A stretch of 64,000 bases of DNA. It comes from Acutalibacteraceae bacterium. GTDB lineage: Bacteria; Bacillota; Clostridia; Oscillospirales; Acutalibacteraceae. The notes beneath the pieces were generated by a model. The model was not told the origin of the DNA, made no database searches, and saw only the letters and a list, made by a program, of their open reading frames with translations. Position numbers and translations under genes: made by a program. Below are positions 39,307 to 49,016 of the stretch, piece after piece. The DNA lies in contig JAZNZF010000001.1 in the NCBI GenBank assembly GCA_045594795.1, forward strand, positions 3,917-67,916. The letters are read 5' to 3'. The first letter of the stretch is position 1. Every line of letters begins with the position of its first letter.

Positions 39307-40035
39307 TTAGTCTGACAAAACAACTATTGTAATATTATCCCCGCCGCCATTTGCATTAGCGAGGTCGATAAGTGCTTTAGGATACTCGTAAAAATTATTG
39401 TCAGAAATAACCTTTTCTATGTCATTTTCAGAAACATAATTTGTTAATCCATCAGAACAAATAAGAATTTGGTCCCCGTCGTAAAATTCGGTTTCATTAT
39501 ACTCAAATTCAATATTTTCAGTAACACCTAACGCACGGGTTATTACGTTTCTCTTTGGGTGATTTTTAGCCTCCTCGGAGGTTAGTTCGCCCTTATCAAC
39601 CATTGATTGCACAATTGAATGGTCTTTGGTTATTTGAATAAGCCTATTATCACGAACAAGATATGCTCTACTATCGCCCGCGTGGGTAATATGAACCATA
39701 CCATTACATACGATAGCGGCTACAACGGTAGTGCCCATACCCTCTAAAGATTCAATAGTGTGCGCCATATCGTAAAGACGTACATTAGCGCCGCAAATTG
39801 CTGACTGCAAAAGAGTTCTGATTGAGTTAGAGTTCATATTCTCGTGATAAGAAGATGAAATATATTCAGAAATTATTTTTACTGCATTAGCGCTGGCAAC
39901 GTTGCCACCGTTTGCGCCGCCCATTCCGTCGCAAACAACCGCCCAGGCAGTACCATCCATAAGCTCGCCCGCGGCATAAGAGTCTTGGTTACTGTTACGC
40001 ACAAGACCCGTATCGGTTTTACTTGCAATTTTCAA
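39307..40035 (-). CDS. prpC: PP2C-family Ser/Thr phosphatase (Stp/PrpC)
   Basis: TDTGLVRNSNQD and VCDGMGG motifs. TTG at 40035 lies 6 nt after GGAGGTG; the ORF-track GTG at 40044 has no spacer. Confidence 0.85.
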   Translation of the reverse strand: MKIASKTDTGLVRNSNQDSYAAGELMDGTAWAVVCDGMGGANGGNVASANAVKIISEYISSSYHENMNSNSIRTLLQSAICGANVRLYDMAHTIESLEGMGTTVVAAIVCNGMVHITHAGDSRAYLVRDNRLIQITKDHSIVQSMVDKGELTSEEAKNHPKRNVITRALGVTENIEFEYNETEFYDGDQILICSDGLTNYVSENDIEKVISDNNFYEYPKALIDLANANGGGDNITIVVLSD

Positions 40036-41083
40036 GTGCAGCACCTCCAGTTTTACTTATATTATGTTCACGGCGTAATTGGCCGCAAGAAGCATTAATA
40101 TCAGCCCCAAGAGTTCGTCTAACCGTTGCGTTTATCCCAAGCTCTTGTAGCTTTATTTTAAAATCATTTACTCTTTTTATGTTAGGACGCTTAAAATCAT
40201 TCTCTACAACGGGGTTGGCAGGAATTAAATTAACGTGGCATATCATACCCTTTAAAAGTTTTGATAATTTAATTGCATGCTCCGTCGAATCGTTTACTCC
40301 ATCGATTAATGCGTATTCAAAAGATATGCGTCTTCCTGTAATTTTAATATAATCCCTACAGCTTTTTATTAATTCATCTATTCCCCATCGTTTATTTACA
40401 GGCATTATTTTACTTCTCTCGCTATCTGTAACAGCATGAAGAGAAATAGAAAGTGTTATCGGGAAGCCTTCTTCTGCTAATTTATATATATTAGGAACTA
40501 CACCACTTGTAGAAACAGAAATATGTCTTGGACTTATATTTAGTCCGTTTTCATCAGACACAAGCTTTAAAAACTTAACGGTGTTTTCAAAATTATCAAG
40601 AGGCTCTCCCATGCCCATAAGAACTATATGTGATACTCTAATACCGTTGTCACGCTCTGCGGCGGTGATTTGTGCAAGAATTTCAGAGGCGGTAAGATTT
40701 CGCACCATACCATTAATACCTGATGCGCAAAATTTACATCCCATTCTGCAACCAACCTGAGTAGACGCGCAAACGGTATACCAATGATTATACTGCATAA
40801 GTACAGATTCAACATATTCACCATCGTTTAACCTATAAAGATACTTAACAGTACCATCAATGTTAGATACAAATTTTCTCTCAATAGTAGCATTCGCAAT
40901 ATAGCACTTATCTTCTAAAATAGCTCTTAAATTTTTAGATATATCTGTCATCTCAGAAAACGACACGCAGCCTTGCTGTAACCATTTAAAGATTTGCTTA
41001 GCACGATATTTAGGCTGATTAATTTCCTTGATTAACGCCTCAATTTCTTGTAATGACATCGACTTTATATCAAGCTTTTGCAT
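40019..41083 (-). CDS. rlmN: 23S rRNA/tRNA adenine-C2 methyltransferase (radical SAM)
   Basis: Radical-SAM cluster CRMGCKFC and RlmN-like N-terminus (YRAKQIFKWL). Confidence 0.9.
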   Translation of the reverse strand: MQKLDIKSMSLQEIEALIKEINQPKYRAKQIFKWLQQGCVSFSEMTDISKNLRAILEDKCYIANATIERKFVSNIDGTVKYLYRLNDGEYVESVLMQYNHWYTVCASTQVGCRMGCKFCASGINGMVRNLTASEILAQITAAERDNGIRVSHIVLMGMGEPLDNFENTVKFLKLVSDENGLNISPRHISVSTSGVVPNIYKLAEEGFPITLSISLHAVTDSERSKIMPVNKRWGIDELIKSCRDYIKITGRRISFEYALIDGVNDSTEHAIKLSKLLKGMICHVNLIPANPVVENDFKRPNIKRVNDFKIKLQELGINATVRRTLGADINASCGQLRREHNISKTGGAALENCK

Positions 41084-41094
41084 AAATATACCTC

Positions 41095-42393
41095 TTATTT
41101 AATGCGTTTAATTACCGCAAAGAAGAACCCGTCACTGCCATAGGTATTAGGCAAAAGGCGGTGAAACTTTTTAATATCTCCAAATACGTTGCTTTCTTCA
41201 ATATCATAATTTGGGTTTTCACTAATAAATTTATTAACTACATCTTCGTTTTCGGAAGCTCTTAACGTGCATGTCGAGTAGAGTAAACATCCGCCAATTT
41301 TCAGGTAATCAGCAGAAATTTTTAGTATATTATACTGCAACTGCGGTAGGTTTGTCAAATCATCAAGCGATTTGTATTTTATCTCAGGTTTGCGACGAAT
41401 TACACCAAATCCCGAGCATACAACGTCGCAAATTATCTTATCAAATTCACCTAAAGATTTATTGAAAATTGTAGCATCGTTGACGGTTGCGGTAATGTTA
41501 TTTAATCCAAGTCTTTTAAGATTATCATTAATAAGCTCTACCCTGCTTGGATATAGATCGCAAGAAGTAATGCTTCCTTTTGACGCATACTGAGCCGCTG
41601 TACAGCTTTTGCCACCTGGCGCCGCACACACGTCAAGCACTTTATCGCTACTACTAATGTTTAAAGCAGCTATTGCCAACTGCGAAGCTAAATCTTGAAC
41701 GTGGAAAAGACCACTTTTAAACTCTGGAATATTATTAACCGCACCCTTTAACTCTATCAGCAAAGTGTTTTCTAATTCCGTTTCGCTCGATTTCACACCG
41801 CTTTCATTTAAGGAGCAAATCAGCTGTTCTTTATTTGTTTTAAGAGTATTAACCCTTATATATGTAGGGGACTGTTTTAATGAATCTTGCAGAAATGGCT
41901 CGACATTTTCTTTGCCGATATACTGCTTTAGCTCATGAATATACCACTTTGCACAAGAATATCTAACAAAAAGAGCGTAATCAGTATCACCCTCAGGAAG
42001 TGCTGGTATATTGCGCAAAAAGTTACGTAAAACAGCATTTACAAATCCTGCAGCATAGCGTTCTTTAGAGCCTTTAACAATATTAACAGCCTCGTTTACA
42101 GCGGCACTGTTCGGGATTTTATCCATATAACAGATTTGATAAATTGCTACACGTAAATTACTAAGAATAAAAGCAGACAACTTGTTAATAGGCTGAGAAG
42201 CTATGCTTTGTATATAATAATCTAAAGTTATTTTTCTTTCGGTTACGCCATAAATCAAACGAGAAGCAAAAGCTGAATCCTCTGCGCTAAAGTTATGCTC
42301 GTTAAGAAATGAGTTTAGCGCAAGGTTTGAATAACTGTTATCTTTTTCTATTTTTGCTAAAGCGTTTACTACAGCGTTTCTTACATTTAACAT
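41095..42393 (-). CDS. rsmB: 16S rRNA (cytosine967-C5)-methyltransferase
   Basis: NusB-like N-domain plus the SAM block DVCAAPGGKS. ATG at 42393 lies just after the upstream stop and follows GAAGGAAA. Confidence 0.9.
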   Translation of the reverse strand: MLNVRNAVVNALAKIEKDNSYSNLALNSFLNEHNFSAEDSAFASRLIYGVTERKITLDYYIQSIASQPINKLSAFILSNLRVAIYQICYMDKIPNSAAVNEAVNIVKGSKERYAAGFVNAVLRNFLRNIPALPEGDTDYALFVRYSCAKWYIHELKQYIGKENVEPFLQDSLKQSPTYIRVNTLKTNKEQLICSLNESGVKSSETELENTLLIELKGAVNNIPEFKSGLFHVQDLASQLAIAALNISSSDKVLDVCAAPGGKSCTAAQYASKGSITSCDLYPSRVELINDNLKRLGLNNITATVNDATIFNKSLGEFDKIICDVVCSGFGVIRRKPEIKYKSLDDLTNLPQLQYNILKISADYLKIGGCLLYSTCTLRASENEDVVNKFISENPNYDIEESNVFGDIKKFHRLLPNTYGSDGFFFAVIKRIK

Positions 42394-42395
42394 AA

Positions 42396-43115
42396 CTATT
42401 TCCTTCTGCCGCCAAAAATTCGCAAGCAATAATATAATAACGTTAGTAGTGACTGTAGCATTGCCGCAACATAAGTAAGTGCTGCTGCAGTAAGCACTTT
42501 TTTAGCACCGTCGCATTCCTCACCATACAATAAATTTGTTTCCCGTATAGCAGCCATTGCTCGTCTGCTTGCGTTAAACTCTACAGGTAGGGTTATAAAC
42601 TGAAAAGCAAAAACCGCACCATATAACGCAACACCAGTGACCATAAGATTAAGCGAGTTAAGCATAAGTCCAATAGCTACAAGTATGATACCAAACATTG
42701 GACCAAAGCGAGCAAAAGGTATGATAGCTGTACGAAGTTTGATTGGTACATATTTTTTTGCGTACTGCACAGCATGCCCTGCTTCGTGGCAGGCTATTCC
42801 AACCGCAGCAATAGACATTGAGTTATATACGCTTTCTGATAATCGTATAGTATTATTGCGTGGGTCATAGTGGTCGGTAAGTGTTCCCGAAACAGCCTCG
42901 ATATTGACACCATAAACTCCATTATATTCAAGTACGGCCTTAGCCGCCTGAGCTCCTGTGATTCCACGCATATTGTTTATTTTAGAAAACTTAGAATATC
43001 TCGATTTAACCAAGCCTTGAGCCGCAAAAATTATTACAAGCGAAAAAATTGCTATACCCAAGTAAAGCGGGTCAAAATATCTATAAAACGAAAAAGGATA
43101 ATACAACATTAACAC
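42396..43115 (-). CDS. Membrane zinc metallopeptidase (YugP-like, HExxH)
   Basis: HEAGHAVQ motif with flanking TM helices. The start is ambiguous (GTG 43115, ATG 43109). Confidence 0.75.
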   Translation of the reverse strand: MLMLYYPFSFYRYFDPLYLGIAIFSLVIIFAAQGLVKSRYSKFSKINNMRGITGAQAAKAVLEYNGVYGVNIEAVSGTLTDHYDPRNNTIRLSESVYNSMSIAAVGIACHEAGHAVQYAKKYVPIKLRTAIIPFARFGPMFGIILVAIGLMLNSLNLMVTGVALYGAVFAFQFITLPVEFNASRRAMAAIRETNLLYGEECDGAKKVLTAAALTYVAAMLQSLLTLLYYCLRIFGGRRK

Positions 43116-43121
43116 CTACGA

Positions 43122-44039
43122 TTAAATAATTTTAGTACCTATTTCTACAGGCCTGCCGCGGAGCATATCGGTAATACTCATTCTTTTTGAGCCCTCGGGT
43201 TGAACCTCAATTAAGCTAACAGCACCTTCGCCACAGCCGATAACGAGGCGGTTATTACTATCGATTACAGTACCAACCTCACCTTTAATAGACAGCGCCT
43301 CGGCTTTATATACCTTTATTCTTTTTCCTAAAAGGGTAAAATATGCACAAGGCCAAGGATTATAACCACGTATAGCGTCAACTATCTGCTTAGCACTCAA
43401 AGAAAAGTCTATTTGCGCCATCTCTTTTTTAATAATTGGCGCATAGGTTGCCTCATCATTATTTTGTTTAATAGGCTTTACGGTACCGGCTAAAACACCC
43501 TCAATGGTCTTATCTAAAAGATCTACACCCATAAGCGCTAATCTATTGTGCAAGGTTTCTGAAGTTTCATCATCAGAAATAATTGTTTCACTACTAAGTA
43601 AAATATCACCAGTATCAATTCCATCAGCCATAAGTTGCGTTGTAACACCTGTCTTCTTATCTCCACATACAATACACCACTGTATCGGTGATGCACCACG
43701 ATGTCTTGGTAAAAGCGAGGCATGTACGTTTATACACTTATATTTGGGTAACTCTAAAATTTCTTTTGGCAAGATTTTACCGTAAGCTACAACAACTATC
43801 AAATCGGGATTAAGCTCTTTTAAAAGATTATACGCCTCTCCGTCGCGCAAGGTTGTTGGCTGATATACTTTTAACCCAAGCGCTAATGCTTTTTCCTTAA
43901 CAGGTGGCGGGGTTAATACAAGCTTTCTGCCCTTTGGCTTATCGGGTTGGGTGAAAACCCCAACAACGTTGTGTTTTTTATTTAGCATTTCAAGGCAACC
44001 AACCGCAAAATCTGGTGTGCCCATAAAAACTACCTTCAT
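43122..44039 (-). CDS. fmt: Methionyl-tRNA formyltransferase
   Basis: VFMGTPDFA and HASLLPRHRGASPIQ motifs. The ATG overlaps the def stop. Confidence 0.95.
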   Translation of the reverse strand: MKVVFMGTPDFAVGCLEMLNKKHNVVGVFTQPDKPKGRKLVLTPPPVKEKALALGLKVYQPTTLRDGEAYNLLKELNPDLIVVVAYGKILPKEILELPKYKCINVHASLLPRHRGASPIQWCIVCGDKKTGVTTQLMADGIDTGDILLSSETIISDDETSETLHNRLALMGVDLLDKTIEGVLAGTVKPIKQNNDEATYAPIIKKEMAQIDFSLSAKQIVDAIRGYNPWPCAYFTLLGKRIKVYKAEALSIKGEVGTVIDSNNRLVIGCGEGAVSLIEVQPEGSKRMSITDMLRGRPVEIGTKII

Positions 44040-44497
44040 TATTTATCCTCTCTGATGTAAGAAATAACGTGGTCTGTAAACAGAACACCGTCTAAGTGGT
44101 CAATTTCGTGGCATAGAGCCCTTGCGAGTAAATCCTCACCTACAATTTCAAACTGATTACCATTTCTGTCATAAGCTCTTACCTTGACCTTTTTGGGTCG
44201 TTCTGTAATACCCCAGGTGCCAGGACAAGAAAGACAGCCTTCGGTTTCATTTTGTTTACCATTTCCCTTAACAATCTCGGGATTAACAAGCTCTATAGGT
44301 CCATCGCCAATATCAATAACGCAGACGCGCCTCAAGATACTTATTTGAGGTGCTGCAAGCCCTACGCCGTCCTTATCATACATTGTATCAAGCATATCAT
44401 CGAGTAAGGTATGAAGCTTTTCGTCAAAATTTTCTACCAAGCGTGTTTTCTTTCTAAGCATTTCATTAGGCTCAGTAATAACTTCCCTAATTGCCAT
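44039..44497 (-). CDS. def: Peptide deformylase
   Basis: EGCLS and HEIDHLDG metal-binding motifs. Confidence 0.95.
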   Translation of the reverse strand: MAIREVITEPNEMLRKKTRLVENFDEKLHTLLDDMLDTMYDKDGVGLAAPQISILRRVCVIDIGDGPIELVNPEIVKGNGKQNETEGCLSCPGTWGITERPKKVKVRAYDRNGNQFEIVGEDLLARALCHEIDHLDGVLFTDHVISYIREDK

Positions 44498-44509
44498 TTT
44501 AAACCTCCG

Positions 44510-46945
44510 TTAAATTATGTTCTCGGGATTAATATCCACAGAAACAGTAGTTTTTTTGCCCTCAAAAGAATTGTGATATGTAAGCAAGCACTTATCAAGC
44601 AACTCTGAAAAACGAGCAAATGATCTGAATTTTATAATTAATCTATATCTATACTTATTATTTACCTTAGGCACTGTTGCAACAGAAGGCCCAAGTATGT
44701 TTAACTTAACATCACTAAATTCACCGTTTACGTTATCTACAATTAATGAGAACAGATGATTAACACCCATCTCGGCGGTGTTCCTGTTAGTAGACTGCAC
44801 CACAAGCATAGCAATATCGCAATATGGTGGATATATCATAAGCTTTCGATTTGTAATTTCTTCCTCATAAAATGCATCATAATCCTGCACAGCGGCAAGC
44901 TTTATAATATTATTTTCCGGTGTGACGGTTTGTATAATCGCGCTGCCACTTTGATTGCCCCTGCCTGACCTGCCAACAACCTGTGTTAAAAGTGAAAAGG
45001 TGCGTTCAAAACTGCGATAATCGGCACTATATAATGCACGGTCGGCGTTCAGTACACCAACCAACGTAACTTTAGGAAAATCCAGACCTTTAGCTACCAT
45101 TTGGGTGCCAAGCATAATATCATATTCACCGCGTGAAAAAGCTGACAAGTTCTTCTCATAAGCATCTTTAGTTAACGTAGAATCTGCATCCATTCGTAAA
45201 ATGCGCGCGCTCGGGTATAATTCCGAGAGTTCTTCCTCTACTCTTTGAGTTCCCGAACCAAGATATTTTAAATGCTCGCCACCACATTTATTACATTTAG
45301 CCGTGTTAGCAATGGAATAGCCACAATAATGGCACATAAGCCTACCATTTGCAGAATGATAGTTCATAGAAATACTGCAGTTAGGACAGGTTATAACCTC
45401 GCCACACTCACTACAAGAAACAAAAGTATTGTGACCGCGACGATTCATAAGTAGTATTGCCTGTTGTTCACTATCTAAAACATTCTCTATTTCTTCTTGA
45501 AGCTTGCGGCTAATAGAACTGCGGCTACCTTCAAAAAACTCGGTTCTCATATCAACAGTAGTAACCTTAGGCAAGGTTGCGTTGCCATATCTATTTTTAA
45601 GCCGCCATAAATTATATCTACCGCTTTTTGCAGCAGTAAAGCTTTCGATAGACGGGGTGGCAGACGCTAATATAAGCATTGCAGAATGAAACTTCGCCCT
45701 AAAACGAGCAACATCGCGAGCATGGAATTTCGGGGTTTGTTCAGACTTGTAGGTATGTTCTTGCTCTTCGTCAATGATAATTAAACCTATATTATCAAAC
45801 GGTGCAAAAACGGCTGAACGGGTACCTATGGCTACAAGTGCATCACCGTTTTTAATGCGTTTCCACTCGTCCATTCTTTGCCCTAACGACATAGCGCTAT
45901 GCAAAACGGCAACCTTGTTACCATAGCGTTTATTAAAAATAGAAATGGTTTGTGGTGTTAAAGCAATTTCGGGTACCATTACAATAACGGCTTTTCCGCT
46001 TTCAACCACCCTGTCTGCCATTTTTAAAAACACTTGTGTTTTACCGCTGCCGGTAACACCATATAATAGATTAACCGAATAACCTTTTTGTTGCTCTAAA
46101 AGAAGGCCATCATATACCTTTTGTTGCGAATCGGTTAATTGAATATTTTCAGTTTTACCTTCACCGCTTTCATAAGGTCTGCGATAATATTCTTGCTCGT
46201 AAATTTCAACTAAACCTTTAGCGGACAAGTTATTAATAACGCCAACGGTCACGCCTGTAAAATAGCAAAGCTCTTTTACCGAGCAACAACCTACCTGCTC
46301 TAACAGCTCGAGCACTTTTTTCTGTTTTGGGGTTAACTTTACATTTTTAGTGTTTTCACATAGTTTTACCATCTTAAGTGTTGCATCGCCAATTTTTCTA
46401 ACGACGATATCATTCCTTAAAAGCAAACCCTCTTTATACATTTTTTCGAGAATATTACTTTCCCTACTAAACGATAATTTTTTTAGAATTTTATCTCGCT
46501 CTAATATACCGCAAGTAGCAAGTAAGTTTAATACCGACTGTTTATCGTTGTCGTCACTTCTAAAACTTTTGTCTTTAAGAGAATACGAAATATTAACCTT
46601 AAGTGAAATACCCGCAGGCAATAACACCCGTAACGCATCAAAATAGGTGCAAAAAGTACGCTTTTTCATCCACTCTGCAAGCTTAAGCATTTCACTATTA
46701 ATTATGGGCTTTTCATCTATTACTGCGATAATAGATTTAAGCTTTTCTAAAGGATAATCGCATTTACTATTAACCCCAATAATTAAGCCCTGCCTTGTTG
46801 CAGAGCCATTACCAAAAGGGACAAGAACACGGCAACCAATAAGCTCGGTTTGCAGCAAACTATTCGGTAACAAATAGTCGTAAGGCTTGTCTATACGGTA
46901 TATCGTTTGACTAACTGCAACGCGCACTATCATAACGTCCCCCAT
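44510..46945 (-). CDS. priA: Primosomal protein N' (replication restart helicase)
   Basis: GVTGSGKT and DEEQEH motifs, plus a Cys-rich zinc insertion (CSECG...CPNC...CHYCG...CNKCG). Confidence 0.9.
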   Translation of the reverse strand: MGDVMIVRVAVSQTIYRIDKPYDYLLPNSLLQTELIGCRVLVPFGNGSATRQGLIIGVNSKCDYPLEKLKSIIAVIDEKPIINSEMLKLAEWMKKRTFCTYFDALRVLLPAGISLKVNISYSLKDKSFRSDDNDKQSVLNLLATCGILERDKILKKLSFSRESNILEKMYKEGLLLRNDIVVRKIGDATLKMVKLCENTKNVKLTPKQKKVLELLEQVGCCSVKELCYFTGVTVGVINNLSAKGLVEIYEQEYYRRPYESGEGKTENIQLTDSQQKVYDGLLLEQQKGYSVNLLYGVTGSGKTQVFLKMADRVVESGKAVIVMVPEIALTPQTISIFNKRYGNKVAVLHSAMSLGQRMDEWKRIKNGDALVAIGTRSAVFAPFDNIGLIIIDEEQEHTYKSEQTPKFHARDVARFRAKFHSAMLILASATPSIESFTAAKSGRYNLWRLKNRYGNATLPKVTTVDMRTEFFEGSRSSISRKLQEEIENVLDSEQQAILLMNRRGHNTFVSCSECGEVITCPNCSISMNYHSANGRLMCHYCGYSIANTAKCNKCGGEHLKYLGSGTQRVEEELSELYPSARILRMDADSTLTKDAYEKNLSAFSRGEYDIMLGTQMVAKGLDFPKVTLVGVLNADRALYSADYRSFERTFSLLTQVVGRSGRGNQSGSAIIQTVTPENNIIKLAAVQDYDAFYEEEITNRKLMIYPPYCDIAMLVVQSTNRNTAEMGVNHLFSLIVDNVNGEFSDVKLNILGPSVATVPKVNNKYRYRLIIKFRSFARFSELLDKCLLTYHNSFEGKKTTVSVDINPENII

Positions 46946-46982
46946 GACAAGCCCCCCTTTTTTTAGTGATTTGAATTAATTA

Positions 46983-47162
46983 TTATAAATGCTTTTCTCT
47001 TGAAAGCTCGTTCATAGCAAGTGTAACGGGCTTTTCAATTATAATTTCGCCCTCGTTTTCGGCTTTCTCAGAAATCTTACGAGCACGCTTTGCAATTTCG
47101 AGAACAAGCTCGTAACGATTTTTATACGAATTAATTAGTTTACCAATTGCAGGATTCAGCAT
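46983..47162 (-). CDS. rpoZ: DNA-directed RNA polymerase subunit omega (59 aa)
   Basis: Not in the ORF track (just under 60 aa). Translates as MLNPAIGKLINSYKNRYELVLEIAKRARKISEKAENEGEIIIEKPVTLAMNELSREKHL, with the RpoZ core RYELV..AKRAR. The ATG lies inside the last codons of gmk. The gmk-rpoZ-priA order matches other Firmicutes. Confidence 0.75.
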   Translation of the reverse strand: MLNPAIGKLINSYKNRYELVLEIAKRARKISEKAENEGEIIIEKPVTLAMNELSREKHL

Positions 47163-47763
47163 CTTTTAGCACCTCTTTTATAATATTTATTTGACGTTCT
47201 TTTATAGAACGATTACCAACAATAATTGAAATTATATCATTAACTGCATCGGTTAGATTATCGTTTACAACAATATAATCATACTCTTCGGCGTGTTTGA
47301 TTTCTTCTAATGCAGCTTTTAGCCTGCCTTCAATTTGTTCTTTACTTTCTGTACCTCTTGAATTAAGGCGATTAGAAAGAGTCTCAAAAGAAGGTGGCAT
47401 AATAAAAATACTTATCGCGTTCGGGTATTGCTTACGTACGTTTGCAGCGCCGTTAACGTCAACCTCTAAAACTATCTCAGCACCTTCGGCAATTGCCTTT
47501 TCTACCGGTGCTTTTGGTGTGCCATAATAATTATTTTGGTACACGTTATACTCAAGCATTTCATTGTTTTTAATTGCAGCCTCAAACTCATCGCAAGAAA
47601 TAAAGTGATACTTTCCGTCCTGCGTTTCTCCTTTCCGCATATCACGGGTTATAGAGGAAATCGAAAGACGTATTTCGGGATGCAGTTTAAATACTTCGGA
47701 TAGTACAGTATCCTTACCCGAACCCGAGGGCCCTGAAAGAATTATCAGATTTCCCTTACTCAT
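47140..47763 (-). CDS. gmk: Guanylate kinase
   Basis: LSGPSGSGKDT P-loop. ATG at 47763 lies 6 nt after AAGGAGG and overlaps the remA stop; the ORF-track start at 47808 is unlikely. Confidence 0.9.
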   Translation of the reverse strand: MSKGNLIILSGPSGSGKDTVLSEVFKLHPEIRLSISSITRDMRKGETQDGKYHFISCDEFEAAIKNNEMLEYNVYQNNYYGTPKAPVEKAIAEGAEIVLEVDVNGAANVRKQYPNAISIFIMPPSFETLSNRLNSRGTESKEQIEGRLKAALEEIKHAEEYDYIVVNDNLTDAVNDIISIIVGNRSIKERQINIIKEVLKDAESCNW

Positions 47764-48013
47764 ATGCATCCTCCTTAACTTTGCCACTAAATCTATCCTC
47801 AAGCGCATCTGTTGTAAGATAGCTTAATATAACGTGGTCGCTGTCGGTTAAAATTACCGATTTTGTTTTTCTACCTTGTGTTGCATCAACAAGCTTACCG
47901 ATTTCTCGAGCTTCTTGAACCATACGCTTTACCGGTGCAGACTCGGGAGAAACTACAGATATCACCCTTTCGGCAGAAACAAGATTACCAAAGCCAATAT
48001 TAATTAATTCCAT
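47756..48013 (-). CDS. remA: RemA (DUF370) extracellular-matrix/biofilm regulatory protein
   Basis: LINIGFGN.VSA.R.I..VSPESAP.KR..QEAR...L.DAT.GR.T..VI.TDSDHVILS pattern closely matches B. subtilis RemA. Confidence 0.85.
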   Translation of the reverse strand: MELINIGFGNLVSAERVISVVSPESAPVKRMVQEAREIGKLVDATQGRKTKSVILTDSDHVILSYLTTDALEDRFSGKVKEDAYE

Positions 48014-48021
48014 ATTTACAC

Positions 48022-48900
48022 CTATTCGATATTTTGTATCTGCTCGCGAATTTTCTCAATTTCAGATTTAATTTCTACAACCGCGCGTGCTATTTCAACG
48101 TCCTGAGCTTTTGAGCCGATTGTATTTGTTTCGCGATTCATTTCTTGAACGATGAAATCAAGCTTTCTACCTATCGGTACGTCTACTTCTAAAAGTGAAC
48201 ACAACTGCTCCATATGGCTATTAAGCCTAACTGTTTCTTCACAAACCGCGAGCTTATCCGCCATAATTCCGGTTTCGGTAATAAGTCGCTGTTCATCAAT
48301 TTTAACGTCGCCTAAAAGCTCGTGCATACGCTGTTCTAATTTCTCTCGATAAAGACGAACTGTTTCGGGCGAACGGGTTTCGATAAACTTAACCTTTTCA
48401 TTAATTACCTCTACCCTGTTTAAAATATCGGATTTCAGCTTTCCTCCCTCGGTTTTACGCATTTCTATAAAAGCTAAAATTGCGTTTGTTGCAACTGCGC
48501 TTACGTCTGTCCATAGCTGTTCTTCATCAATTTCGCTTTTACTTACCGTAAATATTTCAGAATTGCGAGCAACGGTAGAAACCGAAATATCGTTAATTAA
48601 ACCGTACTGTTCTGATAGCTCTTTAAGTGCATCTATGTAAGGCTTTGCAAAGGTATGATTAATTTCTATATTTGTTTCACCCAAGGCGTTACTGCTGATA
48701 GTTAGAAACATTTCAACCTTACCGCGAGAAACGTATTGCCCAAGCAAGCTCTTTAATTTATCCTCTAAAAATATACACGCCCTTGGTACTTTGGGTGTAA
48801 ACTCTAAAAACTTATGATTTACCGAACGTAGCTCTACAGTAATTGTATAATCGTTTACCGTTTGTTGCGCCCTGCCGTAGCCGGTCATACTATTTGCCAT
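48022..48900 (-). CDS. yicC: YicC/YloC-family stress-induced protein
   Basis: 292 aa with N-terminus SMTGYGRA and a coiled central region. Position upstream of remA-gmk. Confidence 0.85.
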   Translation of the reverse strand: MANSMTGYGRAQQTVNDYTITVELRSVNHKFLEFTPKVPRACIFLEDKLKSLLGQYVSRGKVEMFLTISSNALGETNIEINHTFAKPYIDALKELSEQYGLINDISVSTVARNSEIFTVSKSEIDEEQLWTDVSAVATNAILAFIEMRKTEGGKLKSDILNRVEVINEKVKFIETRSPETVRLYREKLEQRMHELLGDVKIDEQRLITETGIMADKLAVCEETVRLNSHMEQLCSLLEVDVPIGRKLDFIVQEMNRETNTIGSKAQDVEIARAVVEIKSEIEKIREQIQNIE

Positions 48901-48944
48901 AAGCCTCTCCCCTTTTATACATTAAACTTAATTTCTATCTATAT

Positions 48945-48974
48945 ATTCTACCAAATCAGGCGGCGTTTTGTCAA
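48945..48974 (-). promoter_or_regulatory. Candidate promoter of the yicC-remA-gmk-rpoZ-priA operon
   Basis: Minus strand reads TTGACA, 18 nt, TAGAAT, about 45 nt upstream of the yicC ATG. Confidence 0.45.
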
Positions 48975-49016
48975 CACTGCAAAGGCATAAAATCACAGAA
49001 AATAGGCGGTTTTTTG

